Shown here: piece by piece, positions 51,651 to 64,000 of the stretch | Numbering within the stretch: the first letter of the stretch is position 1 | How the letters are laid out: every line of letters starts with the position of its first letter | Source: Lophium mytilinum | Taxonomy: Eukaryota | Assembly: GCA_010093605.1 (NCBI GenBank) | Contig: MU004182.1 | Span: 1,583,032-1,647,031 of the forward strand | Direction: 5' to 3' | Length of the DNA stretch: 64,000 nt | Program-made: the position numbers and the translations under genes | Notes under the pieces: model-generated | Database searches by the model: none | What the model saw: only the letters and a program-made list of their open reading frames with translations | Told to the model about the DNA's origin: nothing

Positions 51651-52982
51651 TGCTCAGGGTGTGTCGAACAAGAGTAATGCAGTGCTCGTCCCCTAACGCA
51701 GAGTGCACATTGTCTTTCGCAAGGGCCTTGACTAGGCACAAATTAGATAGATGATTAAGCATTTTCAAAAAGGAAGCTTCTAAAGGTTGCAACATGGAAC
51801 ACATGAGCCTCTAGGCGGTGTGTGAACGTCTTTCGGACGCCAGGCGCTCCGTAGTGAGCGACTTTCGATAAGGGGAGAAGACTCAACAACCTACATCTGT
51901 CCAAGTACAGCTCCAAGCTTTCCAAAAGTCGCCTAAGGAGGTTCGAATTCGCAGGGTTCAAATGGCTTAGGCCACCAGCCTGCACGTCGAAACCCGTACT
52001 CCACATTCGAAATCTGTCATTTTCGTTCGAGTAGTGCGATCTCGATAGCTGCCCCGGATCCCCAGCAGTCACTAGCCGCGTTGAAATGTCCTCGAAGAGG
52101 CTTGTGCAACGGCTCACTTTCCCAGAAACTCCATTGATGTCCAAATTGGAAGGGACTTTTCTCTCCCGTTCTACCAAGGCAGGCCATGAACTGTTTGGCT
52201 GCTCGGCAAGCGTAGTCCCGCTAATAGACCCTCTTGCATAGGCTTCCTGGATCGGAATTGTCAAATTATCGCCTGATTGATGTGAGGATGGCGGTTTCTG
52301 CAACAAGTCAACAGTATTGACGTTGGCGGTCGTTGTGGCAGATCTATTAACGTGAGTTGTTTGCAGTAAGATTGGGTTCAAGTGTACGTGCGGTTCGCTC
52401 CATATATATATTGGATTTGATTTCTCATCAAACACTATGCGATAATATCTTCTATGTTCGGAGCTCCATATCCAGCCCTGATCAGTGCTCTCCATGTCCC
52501 GGAGAAAGAAACATTGATGTCGTGGACTATTTCGTAGCTGGCATATCCGAAAAGCTGATGTGCGTTCAAAATAGTTTGGTATGTAGCAAGATATCGTGCG
52601 CGGATAATGAACGTGCGAGGTGAGTTATACAACGTTGCCTTGAAGGCTGATTTGATCGCGGAACGATGCGGGGTAGGGAGTGTGGCTTTTACTGACAGCG
52701 TCCAATTCGCTATGCCCGAAGTCAGCCTTGCATCGTTCACCGGTCATTGTGTTAGATAACGATCAACCTTGTTTCTCGATATAGAGCTCTTCCCCTCTTC
52801 ACTTCAGACATGCCGTCCTAAGCACTCCAGTATGCGCACGATCCCTTTACCTAACAACGTGGTGAGCTCGCTATTACGTCTCCACTAAGACGATCGCGAG
52901 GCTATATTCACGGTCAACTTTTCCGGCTGAGGCCCATCGCCGTCAGAACTGTATCACAAAAACGATAGATCACCTATGAACC

Positions 52983-54687
52983 ATGCCAGACGCGTTTGAA
53001 ATCGCAGGTTTAGTATTGGGAATTATTGGCGCATATCCAGCAGTTGTCTCGGTGCTAGAACTTTATATTGGAGGTTTACAAGCACGGTCAAGCGTCCACG
53101 AGGACCAAGTCCGGGCGTTCCAGCTAGACTTGGGCGTGCAAAGCGCGCTGTTTGAGAATTCATATTGTATTCTTATGAATGTTCAAGACGCTACGGTGCT
53201 CCAGGGTGCCAAATCATCGGATTGGCAAAAGATCTCCGACTCTATCAAACTCAAAATCACAAACGAGAAGCACTGGGCAACATACGGCAAGCTTCTGCAA
53301 TCCATCTATGAGTGTTGGAATACGCTCATCCTACAGATTCCGAGGGTACGTTGTTTTCCCATGCTGATGATGTTCTTCTAGCAAAGCATTCTCCTTTTTG
53401 CTTTTACTAGAACTAAACCCATACCGGAATGTCTGCTAATAGACTTAGTAGCCTCCCTTGCGCGCATTCGGGCAGTCGGATCTAAATTGGATGCAACAAA
53501 CTGAAGAAATGTTGAAGAGAGTAGAATTCGTTATCAAGAACACAGCCAGATGCGGTTTGCTCAATAAGCTCAAAGTCAAGAACGCCGAATTGATTACTTT
53601 AGTCAAGCAACAAAGAACAATGCGTAAGCAACAGCGGGACCAAACTCGGAACCACACAGCTTATTTTCGAAGTGTACAATCTGCCGCGCTAGAATTTTGT
53701 GAAGTCGTGGCATCATCTCTTGGATGCACATGTACCTCGACACATGCTATCACTGTAGAGCTCCAATCCATTGCTGCTCCCCGGTCTCTCGCAGATAGCT
53801 CCGGTGGATATGCTTCTACGTCAAACTCCCCTTTGGAGATGGAAATGACATACAAGCCTGGAATCAATGGTACCATACCGGTGCCTATGAAGCTAGAATT
53901 GTTCTATCCTTTATCAACTACTACGCGGCGACTATACTTGCAACAAACATGGCAAGGGCTCTCACGGCCAAGCTCAACACATTGCTTAGCGCAAAGTATG
54001 GAACGAATACTACAAGGCTCGGTGATAGGATCTAAAGCTGAATATCATATTCCTGGTCATGAATCCATGCGTATGCATATAAGCCGGAAGCAAGCCTTAA
54101 CGCACAATTCCATTACGTCTTTGGGATCAGTGATTGCGAATCAATCACTCCCTTGCTTTCAGAACGGCAACTTCTTCGAGCGAGATAGAATCAACATGGC
54201 AATTGTCCTCACCTGTTCCGTCCTCGGTCTCCACTCAACCCCTTGGCTTCCTGATCTTTGGACAAGTGATGACATCGAGTTCCTGCCTTTAACTGGCAAC
54301 ATCACTCGTACATCTTTGCAAAAGCCGCGAGTTACTATACCGGTCCAACGTGATAGCTTGTTGAGCACCGGGCGGAGGACACCCTCATTCGGCGTTCGTA
54401 ACAATTCTCTCTTCGCTTTGGGAATGGTCCTTCTTGAGATACTCATGGGAGCATCGCTTGCTTCCAAGCGGACGACAAATGAATCGAACATTGAGGCAGC
54501 ATGGAGGCTCGAGCATGTTGTGTGCAGTAAAGAGCTACCATTCTGGAAGGAAGTGGTCAGCGGATGTCTCCACTGTCCCTTTTCTGGCATAGACATGGAT
54601 CTAGCATCTGACCCACCCGATCTTCTGGACTGCGTACAAACAGAAGTGCTCCAACCTTTGCTGAAGGCCTCCGCGGCACTTCCATAA
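52983..54687 (+). CDS. Protein with N-terminal hydrophobic/helical (HeLo-like) domain and C-terminal kinase-like DUF7580-like domain
   Basis: Intron 53346-53451. N-terminus FEIAGLVLGIIGAYP. C-terminal MAIVLTCSVLGLHSTPWL...WTSDDIEF, LFALGMVLLEI, VVSGCL and EVLQPL. Confidence 0.8.
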
Positions 54688-55639
54688 TCCTGTTCAGTCA
54701 TTATCTCCTCGGTTTGCTTCCGGATCGGTCACATCGAGACTGCTGAAGTTTAAATTATTTTTCAGCTCTCTCAGAACTGGTACATCTACGATATCATCAT
54801 CCTCGACAAACAGTCTGGTTTTGCCGGCTTCCCTGCCGTGGTGTCCCTGAATATGGTGATCATTTCCGAATCTCGAGCGCTATTGAAGGAAACAGAGAGT
54901 GAAGAAGTGTCCTACTCCAGACTTTGAATGTATACATAACTTATACCCTTTGTGAATGGGAAATCTCAAGTGGCACAAGTTTAATCATAGGACCGGCTGG
55001 TAATCTACTGATCTCTCGTACGCAACCAAAGGCGTTCTAGAGTGAATTGAAACACGTGACATGTGTTGCATTTCTTAACATAATGAGCACTGCTTCATAG
55101 AAGCGGGGATAGTCGCACCTTGAAAACGTCTGGGGAGCACAGTACTCAAAAGATGAGATGGAGGCTCAGGCGCGTCGATGAGTTGCGAGGTGAACATATT
55201 GTGGAAATGCTGGGTACGTATATGCTCTGCTTAAACCAGGAGTCTCACGCCCGGCGGGACAGAAGGGAAAGGCCATGAAACGACTCTCAAATAGGATCAT
55301 CTAGCGCAAGTGACCTTGACTAGATATCACGTGTTGCGCAGTGCGGTGCCCAAAAGGGCACCGCTTGCGGCGACCAAATAGGGAACTGGAAGCGAGAATC
55401 CTCAATGTCTCCCACCGGTGACCGGAACTACCGTACTTCAACACTTCCGCTGCCTATACGTCTGCTTTCAAGCGTCCATTTATTTCCTTTCATTATTAAG
55501 ATCCTTGCCTTCACGAAAAATCATTCTAGAATACAGAAGACTCCTCGACTTCCTCGCAGTCTCAGCCTTGTTGGCCCTCCGCTCAACTATTGGAGTTTCA
55601 GTTGCTCCAAGGTCCATATATACGGCCACATAGTCATCT

Positions 55640-57262
55640 ATGCCGCCAATGGCCTCCATATCTGCTCGAAGGTTTCAGATAAGACGAAACCTTGCAACTA
55701 CTGACTCCTACAATCCCTGCGCCGGCATCGAGTTCGATCCTCCACGTGACTCGGACGAGCTATTTGATGCTTTGAAGGTCGCCTATCCTCGTCGGAAAAC
55801 GCACAAGGCGCGTATGAGAGAAGCGATTATTGAGTTCTTAGTCAGTGAGCGAGAGGCGTCGAGGTCGCGCAGCGGGAGTCCGGTAGTCTCGACACGTGAC
55901 AGTGACCGCAGTAAGGATATCGAGTACTCGGTAGAAGGGCCTGATGGGCCCGGTGCATCACATAAGATATCACAAGAGTCCGCTACGCAGAGTAGTAGGA
56001 AGGAAAGCTTTGTGACTATCACGACGCCTGAGCCACGTCCAGCTACCACGCTTCCATTAGCCGATGACATTCTGAAATCACAGACACAGATGACTCATCA
56101 GAGGTCCATAACTGTGCATTCTTCAACTTCTACGAAGGTTGCAGTTAATGATTTAACGATCGTCTGGAGCTCTGTCGACGGTCTGGCGCGGAAGGCAAGG
56201 GTCAAGCGCATTATGACTGACGACGAGTTGGAGCAATATCGGCTCCGGAGGGTTATCGGAGCATGTAAAGTGTGCAAATCAAAGAAGCGCAAGGTACCAA
56301 AAGTTTTTTCTAGCATGTGGAGCTTCAAACTAATGAGCTTTTAGTGCATTCACGGCGATCAACCTCCAGCAAGCCCGCCTGACGCAGAAGTAAGAGTCTC
56401 GAAGCGGCAAAAGGCTTCTACGCCCAACTCACTGGAAGCTTCTGCTACAGGAGCGGAACCGAAATCTGCTTCCTTAAGCCAAACGGCGGCTACAAATGTT
56501 GAACCCAGCGAGAATCGCCGGAACGAGTGCAGAGAGAACCCGCGAGTCAACGCCCAAAAGACTTCACCAGCAACTTCAGGCAACTTTGATTCAAACGCTT
56601 GGATGCTGGGCGCAATGGATGAGTTCAATGAAATTGATGCCGCAATAAATGCACTAGGATACACAAAATCTCCTCCGCCGTTTCAACCAGCACAGGTTCC
56701 TGCTCTAGAACTACGTCATCCCGTTGTAGATCCGGGATATTCAGAGACAGCTATCCCGATTCCGATAGATGATATGAATATCCCAAGCGCTGGTGAATTT
56801 CAAAAGCCACCCCAAGTACACCTCCAGAAGACGGCCCTAGCAGACCTACCCCAGTTCATATCACCGGCAGAACTTGATCTAGGGTCGGTATCACAAACAC
56901 CCGACGTCAACATCGAACAACCAAAGAGTCCCTCTAAGCTCTCGAACTTCTCTTCAAGACTACTTCGAAAGTCTGGTAAAGCGAAAAGTAAGGCAGACCA
57001 TGTGGACAGGCCGAGGGAGACACATAAGATGGGATATAAGGAGCAAAGCTCGGCCAAGATGACTCTGAAGCAGTTTTTCAGTCCTAGCCGCATGAATCGT
57101 CTGGATGATCTTTATCTCACCGAACCACCTCCCAATCCGCCGTCTAGATACGCAATGGACGATTGGCAACCCCACGCTAGCGAGCTCCCAGTGCACGAGG
57201 TTTCCCAGCGATTTCCCGTGTACGAAATGGAGCTCGCTCATGAGCTTGAGTCGACGCTTTAA
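55640..57262 (+). CDS. Putative transcription factor with a partial zinc-cluster motif
   Basis: Intron 56293-56344 joins two ORFs. RRVIGACKVCKSKKRKCIH supplies three Cys and one His rather than the full Zn2Cys6 motif. Confidence 0.7.
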
Positions 57263-57485
57263 GAGGCGCCGTGCTGAGTCTTATATCACAAGAAAGATGC
57301 GCTGAAAGTCGTCATGAAAAGACACCACCTCTTAGGGTGGACATAACGCTGTTGTTGGCACGCTTATGCCATTACCACGAATTTCGCAGCTAGGAGCTCG
57401 TTGACTTGTGTATCATTCCGAATACTTTCCAGGAGACTACACGATAAAACTCATTCGACAGGTAAAACATTACTTCATTCGCACA

Positions 57486-58671
57486 TCATGTCCCCTCAAA
57501 TACTGGACCATGCGCGCCCCTTCCTTGGCCCTCGGTTACCTCTTCAATCGCGAGCCCTCGGTCCGGCCCGGATTGCCACGCATGACCTGTCCAATTTGCA
57601 CCGCTCGATCTCAGGCTCGAGGGACTCTGAGGCGTCTCAGAGGCTGGACTGTGATGTGCACTATCCAATTCGACCGGATACCTGACATCACCTGGGGCTT
57701 CTGAGAGCCTATGAGGCCTGAAAGAATCGCTCGGGATGCCTTGAATAGGTGAATTAGATGGCAGTTCGTAAGCAGTGGGGTTTGGCGATGCCGCATGGTG
57801 AAACTTTTGATAAGACGGTGCGGGGGAGGTGTAAGCTGGCGGGATGGAATCTATTGGGACAATGTCAATAATATCAATCCGACTGCCATGTATATTTAGA
57901 GGGCATACCTCGTGGATTACCCGACTTGGGTGCTTCAATGATTTCAGGTTGCCCAGCGCCAGGCGGAAAGGACAACCGGGTTTGGAGAGTGTTGTTGCTT
58001 TCGTTGCGGGATTTCTTTGCGTGTCGAGCGAAGTAGATGATTAGGCCAATGATGATGGCGAGGGCTGCTACACCACCAGCTGCTCCGCCTGCAATAGCAC
58101 CCGTATTGCTCTTATGACTTGTGTTAACCACAGTCGGAACGCTTGTCGGAGTCGTCAAAGCATTGGTGATACAATCGGAGGTTGCTGTGGAAGGTGCTGA
58201 TGCGGAGCTATATGCTGCAGAGCTGATGAATGTACTCATACTCGACGCTTTCACGGATGCTTTTGTAGAAGATCCAGCCGACGTAGCCAGGGCGGATGGA
58301 GCTCCTCCAGTAGCAGAAAAGTCGGAAAACTGATCTGGAGTGTCCATAAATGCAGCTTGGAGATCGGCGCTCGGACATCCTTGGTCTTGGTTACACGCAG
58401 GAGACTTGCAGCAACCCATAAATGTAGGGGTGGTGAAATTGCAAGTATAAAATGCGCTTCCAGAAGGGCACTCCAAGTCTTTGAACGAACCATAGTATGT
58501 TGGGTTGAATGATGCTGGTTCAAGAGCCCCAAGTGGACAGCCATTTCCGTCGCATGCTTGTTGTGCACAGCATCCTGCAAAGGTGGAACCGGAGCCTTTG
58601 GCACAGGCATACCATTTGCTACCGCTCGGGCAAGAAGGCTCGAAAGCCTGACGTTCGTAGTTTAGAGACAT
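57486..58671 (-). CDS. Cys-rich single-pass membrane protein with a Mid2/Wsc-like sensor architecture
   Basis: Two Cys-rich repeats (CPSGS.(W/F)Y.C...F.GCC...AC...GCP), a Ser/Thr stalk, TM GAIAGGAAGGVAALAIIIGLIIYF, intron 57851-57908, and a tail with YELP and VELD motifs. Confidence 0.85.
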
Positions 58672-60110
58672 TAGGATTGAATAAGATGAGTTACGAGACG
58701 AGATAAAACATGCGAGGAAAGCGAGCGACAGCACCAAACGGATGCAGGGAAAATCAAGCGTCTGAAGAAGCGCGCGGAAACTGAGACCTGGCCCGACTTA
58801 TCAGGAAGATACGTTCGGCCTGACCAGGCCATATGACTAGCTGTCATGCAGACGAAGTCACACACGGGAAGGCCCAGAAAGGCTGTGGGGGCCAGCCTTG
58901 CACCTGTATCTCCATCAGTAAAGAGCAAACGCCCTGTTTTGCGTACTCTTGCACCACCCCGCTCCCGGAAGAGGGGAAGCCGAGCAAATCGGGCGACGTT
59001 CTACTTTTCGTTGGGATATTGGATAGGCTCATGGTGGCGGAGTGCGGAAAGCTGCAGGAAGCAGGTAGTTCAAGACAGCACACCCCGCAGGCAAAAGCGC
59101 CTTCAAGGAGACTCAGCCTCGACGATGGGGTGAGATTGAGGTCTACTATTTAGCCGATATCAAGTTGAACTGTGCTTGATGTTTTGATGTACTTCTTGAT
59201 GGAAACATCGTGTAAGATGACGAAAAAGGACGAACGATGCGAGGTGGTGCAGCTCAAGAACAGCCTCGTCGGCCACAAGCAACAGCTGTTGTCTCGGAGA
59301 CTTACTAGTAGGTGTCAAGTGTCAAGCTGCGGACCCCAGGCAGCCCTTGCGTTGCCATATAAAAGGAGAAAGGTCGGTTGTAGTGGCTCGATGTCGAAAA
59401 GGCGGAGCTACGCACATACATCACGTGATACATTTCCCCGATTTGCTATTCGAATGAAATGAATTCTAAAGTTCCAGTAACTTAGATACAATATGGTTCT
59501 AAGTTTGCTACCTTTCTACGCTTCTCTAATACAATATTCACTTATACAAATCAGGTCGATGAGGAAATGTCACGTGCTTGCGATGACATGGACAAGTCTT
59601 CTCCGCTTCTCCGTCCTACTATCTTCCATCACACAATCACTACGATCATTATCCTCAACTTTTGCTACGCGCATTGAAAGGAGGAGGGACGAATGAATCG
59701 CGTCGTGCCCTTGCAATGAATATTAACAGCCTTATACTCACCGCACCCTGTCACCGATCTTGTTTTTAGAACGCAGCACTCTGCGCAAATCCTATGAACA
59801 TGATTAGTGATCGGTCAGACGCATAGGATAACACATTTGGAGTAATATAAACCGCACCCCGCTCTCTCAAAATTTCCACGTATTTACGTAGTACCCCCGA
59901 GACAATCTCACTAGAAATTATTTGTAAGCCTTGTCTTACAAAGCAAAGTAGACGCCCACATCATGTCACGTTATTTCCAAATTATATAAAGAAAGTTCCG
60001 TGAGAGCTTAGTTCATGGTGCGCCACATTTCTTGCTTTGTTCTACGTTCAGAAACATTCTATCGTCCTTTGTAAGACCTTGCAACTACCACAACTTCGCA
60101 CAGATACACC

Positions 60111-61303
60111 ATGGCAACTCATGCTGCAGTCGTTACGGTTGGGTTGAAAGCACCACTCGCAATCCGTCAAGTCCCTACGACGCCTCCGACCAAAGGAGAA
60201 GTCCGAGTAAGAGTCGAGTGGACCGCTTCAACGCCATTGGATCTTCACCAAAACGATGGAGGTCTTCTCGTGAAGCATCCTCAGATCTTGGGTGACGGCA
60301 CTGCGGGGACGGTCGTAGAAGTTGGGTCAGGAGTACACAATGTCAAGGTGGGAGATAAGGTATGTGTGTAGGAACGGTGTCATAGACGCTTGAGCTGATC
60401 TCAATATGCAGGTCTTTGGCTTTACATTCCGCGAGCAGAAAGAGAAGTCGCACCAGGAATTTTGCACTTCCCAGGAGACGAATTTCGGAAAGGTACGGTG
60501 TGAACAGTTCACTCTGTGATTATTTTACTGAAATTCTCAAGGTTCCGGAAGGCTTCACGATGCAGCAAGCGGTCACCCTTCCTAATAACTTCGTCACCGT
60601 ATTCCATGCTGTCACCACTGATTTTGAGCTACCTCTGCCGTGGCCCAAACCTGCCGAATACGTCCCACCACATTCGAAAGATCCTATCTTGATATGGGGA
60701 GGGTCTTCGTCGGTTGGACAGTTTGCACTTCAGATTCTGAAGTACTATGGCTATCAAAACCTTATCACAACATCCTCGAAACGCCATCATGAGTTCCTCA
60801 AAAGCATCGGAGCCTCCGAAACTTTCGACTACAACGACGCAGACGTATCTTCTGCGATTTTAAGCGTGGCTACGAAGAGCTCGTCCGGACCCGCCATTCC
60901 GTTCATTCTGGACTGCATAGGATCTCAGGACGGAAGCATTCGACCCATTGCTAAGATCGCTCAAAAGGATACCAAGGTTGCCATTTTGCTACCAGTGGTT
61001 GTGAGAGATTCGAGTGAAACTACACCACCCGAGTACTCCATGGATGTGCAAGCGGCTGCCAAGTGGGAAGACGAGGTGGACGTTCGAGGTGTTCGGACGC
61101 ATTTCTACGCGGACAACGAGTTCTTCCGCGATCATTTGCAAACGGAGGTCATGCCGACGATGCTCAAGGAGGGTATCGTGACGCCGAACAGGCAGCGCAT
61201 CATCGAGGGTAACACCTTGTTGGAAAAAGCACAAAAAGCAATGGATATCATGAGGAGGAAAGAACAAAGTGGTGAGAGACTAGTGTGGCGAGTGTCAGAA
61301 TAG
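60111..61303 (+). CDS. Medium-chain dehydrogenase/reductase (GroES-like, enoyl-reductase/ToxD-like)
   Basis: Introns at ~60360-60411 and ~60493-60541. PQILGDGTAGTVVEVGSGVHNVKVGDKV and ILIWGGSSSVGQFALQ. Confidence 0.9.
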
Positions 61304-62137
61304 ACCAGCGAGAGGTTCGTATCGCCATGATCTTACACATGAAAATCGAATCTTCGTACGTAATACTTAACTGATCAGCCCCGCGACTGCAACACTATGT
61401 ACTTTATATACCAAACTCCATAACGTCTTCCACCCCTGACCGAGAATCACCCACCACCGAGAACTCGGTACTCTAGCGATTTTGATGGGGCGAGCCGCTA
61501 GACCAAGTGCTACTCAAGCGTGACCATATATACGCGCGAAACCCTCCACCAATTCTCGGTGGTAGGTGATTCTCGGAGGTTTGTGGAAGACGTTACAAGG
61601 AAGTTGATTAGCTTAGAATCTAGGCGGAAAACTGATACCAGCGCAAGATGATCTGGCCTAGCGCGGCTCCGAGGCTGTTTATTCCCGGAATCTGTCAGCA
61701 CGCACAGTCTTGATACAGTAAGGAAGGAAAGATTGGTATACCGGTTACTCCTAAAAGCCTAGTTGTACTACGTGCAGCAAAACATTGTCTAGAGGGGCTA
61801 GCTAGATATGCTCGAGCCTTATCGTGAGTCCCTATCTTTACACAGTACTCAACACCTCTAATTTAGGCCTAGCTTCCGCTAGGAAAATATTCTGCCTCTA
61901 CTTATGTTCACTTCTACAACCTCTTCCATGCTCTCTGATAACAAAACAGCAACAAAGCCATGTTAGACAATGAGTTGCTAGTCGTGAATCAAAAGCTATT
62001 CTACCTTAATCAATTGCCTGCATGGAGAGAAAATGGGGCTACGAGGAGGCTTGTTCTTTAAAGTCTAGAGCATCCACAGCTAGCACCTAGGTAATAGTGA
62101 TACCTCTAAAATCTCCATTTCTGTTGCTTTTCTCGTC

Positions 62138-64000
62138 CTACAGTCGAGAGGGCTTCGATTTTCTCGCTGTATTGATCTGGCAACCGATTCATCAGTGGGT
62201 GTTCTCTATCAAAAGTTGATTTCAGAGTCTGCCATACCTTCAAATACTTGGCCACATTTGCGCTGCTGTGCTTTGAACCGTCTACTTGATTTTCTGGGTG
62301 GTCCGCTCGCCCATCATCAAAGTTCACTATCGTCGAAAACTCCTAGAACGCGTTAGCAAACCCTCATCGGCAGGCAGACGAGATGAGTATGGCCAACACA
62401 CTTTCAGCACATCCTCGGGCGTCAAGGGCTTGTCAAGGGGAAAAGCAGCGCCACCAGCCCGCTGCCACCTCGTCTTTGCGATCCATCCAACGCCAGCCTC
62501 GTACAACCCTCCGGTCGGATTCGATAGCTTATCACTGCATAAAGCCACTACCAGTGGAGCAATGTAATCAGGCTTCAATGCCTGTACCACGTCTTCCGGC
62601 ATTATCGTCCGTGTCATGGCGGTTCCGGCTGTCGGAGCTACTGTGTTGATGTAGATGTTGTACTTCGCACCTTCTAGGGCTAAAGAGCGACCAAATCCGA
62701 GAGTCCCAGCTTTCTAAATAGATGAGTACTGTGAGTTTTCGCACTCTTGATGCTTTTTTAAGGAAAATGGATTCACTTACTGCTGCAGCATAGTTGGATT
62801 GGCCGAAATTGCCATATATTCCCGTAGTGGACGTGATGTTGACAATGCGTCCGTATTTTTGCTTCAGCATGTAGGGCCAGGCCGCCTTCGTGACTCTGTA
62901 GGTACCTCCAAGATGAACCGCCAAGACCGACTCCCACGTCTCGTCTGTCATATTTGAGAACGCCTTGTCGCCCAGAATGCCCGCGTTGTTTACGATGATA
63001 TCAATCCGGCCATAGGCTTCGATGACAGCTTTTACGATTTCTTCTCCCTTCTCCACCGACAGCGTCACTCCAATGGCCTCTCCGCCTGCCTTTTTGATCT
63101 CTTCAACTACGCTCGCGGTGCTCGCAACATCATTGACAGCGACCTTGGTCCCTAGCGCTGCAAACTCAATGCAATACGCTTTCCCTAACCCTGCCGCACC
63201 GCCCGTGACCAGCACCACCTTCCCCCGGAAGTCCAGCGTTTTGTCTCCGTCACCCCTCGGTGCTTTCTTAGCCTCTTCAAGCTTAGCTATCATATCCGCA
63301 GACCCACTCGGATGCTCTGGCTTCTCTTTCTCAAAGTCCCCAATCTCTTCCCACATTCTCACTACCGCTCCAGCAGTGAAGCTATCATCAGGCCGAAACA
63401 ATGCGCCCTTCGACCGCTCCCACCGGATCTTAGAGAAAGTGCCGGCTGCCGCCTCAAAGATAGAGCCGGTCTCCGTGTTCGAGGAGTGAACCAGGACCGC
63501 GACAAGCGGTACCACATACACCGGCGACATGGCCGCTAGCACCTCCGGCGTCATGACGGTTGCCGTGAGGCGGGAGCCAGCACCGGGGGCAAGAACATTA
63601 GCCTGGATGTTATACTTCTTCCCTTCAAGCGCCACCGTCTCCGTGAATCCGACCAGCGCGAATTTAGCAGCTATCACGACTCAGGGTCAGCCTCAGATTC
63701 CCCTAAAATTAATCATCGTGAACTCAATTCCCAACATCCCCGCCCACTTTCAATGGAAGGAAGTAGATTCCTCACCTGCATAATTCGTCTGACCGAAGTT
63801 CCCAAAGAGTCCACTCGCACTACTCGTATTAATCACGCGCCCGTACTTCTGCTTCCTGAAATACGGCCACGCCGCCCGCGTACACTTATACGCCCCTTTC
63901 ACGTGCACCTCCATAATCAGGTCCCAGTCCCTCTGCGCCATATTCCTGAAACTGACATCACGCAAGATACCCGCGTTATTGATCAGCACGTCGATGCGGC
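62138..64000 (-). CDS. FOX2-like peroxisomal tandem SDR (3-hydroxyacyl-CoA dehydrogenase) without a hydratase domain; 5' end outside the window
   Basis: Two SDR domains ([40 protein letters not shown]). Last intron 62177-62237 gives a final exon [12 protein letters not shown] ending in the PTS1 signal SRL. Confidence 0.88.

Larger units (their letters stand above)
41169..52495 (-). pseudogene. DUF6590-like domain gene interrupted in exon 2 by a Gypsy element
   Basis: Exons 52495-51895, 51731-51651 plus 42008-41838, 41773-41727, 41679-41522 and 41475-41169 give one open frame. Motifs EELDP, FFKRGRVFSMLF, RRFVVV, PISTYG, EHAIVY and IEWNVKVKDLGRV. Confidence 0.85.

Noticed and set aside
41169..58737. 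Starship-like giant element carrying the accessory genes
   Set aside because: No DUF3435 tyrosine-recombinase captain or boundary repeats are recognisable in this window.
62106..62176. Unspliced read-through C-terminus of the FOX2-like gene (...KQQKWRF)
   Set aside because: A canonical intron gives an SRL PTS1 ending, which fits the family better.
60111..64000. Secondary-metabolite cluster suggested by the enoyl-reductase-like and SDR genes
   Set aside because: No PKS, NRPS or other backbone gene in the window. Cannot be assessed beyond the right edge.

Overview
Filamentous ascomycete DNA (probably a Dothideomycete; inferred from intron signals, gene content and RIP). Gene-rich, GC-balanced islands alternate with three AT-rich blocks destroyed by repeat-induced point mutation (RIP). 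Block 1 (1-14320) is a three-layer nest of LTR retrotransposons: Gypsy, Gypsy and Copia. Block 2 (17134-22419) is a 5.3-kb DD34E Tc1/IS630-type TIR element with probable extra ORFs, sitting in a divergent promoter. Block 3 (42013-51650) is a complete Gypsy element with a TGCT target duplication, inserted into an exon. Host genes include a divergent YKT6, a HET-domain gene, an AFG2-like AAA ATPase, an MDR-family reductase, a FOX2-like dehydrogenase lacking the hydratase domain, and several hypothetical proteins. The most interesting result is that removing the Gypsy element restores an intact five-exon gene. Its C-terminal DUF6590-like domain aligns by eye with MazF/PemK endoribonuclease toxins. 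The gene lies head-to-head with a gene for an N-terminal-helix plus kinase-like (DUF7580-like) protein, making a candidate fungal toxin or non-self-defence module. All family calls come from recognising motifs by eye, not from database searches.
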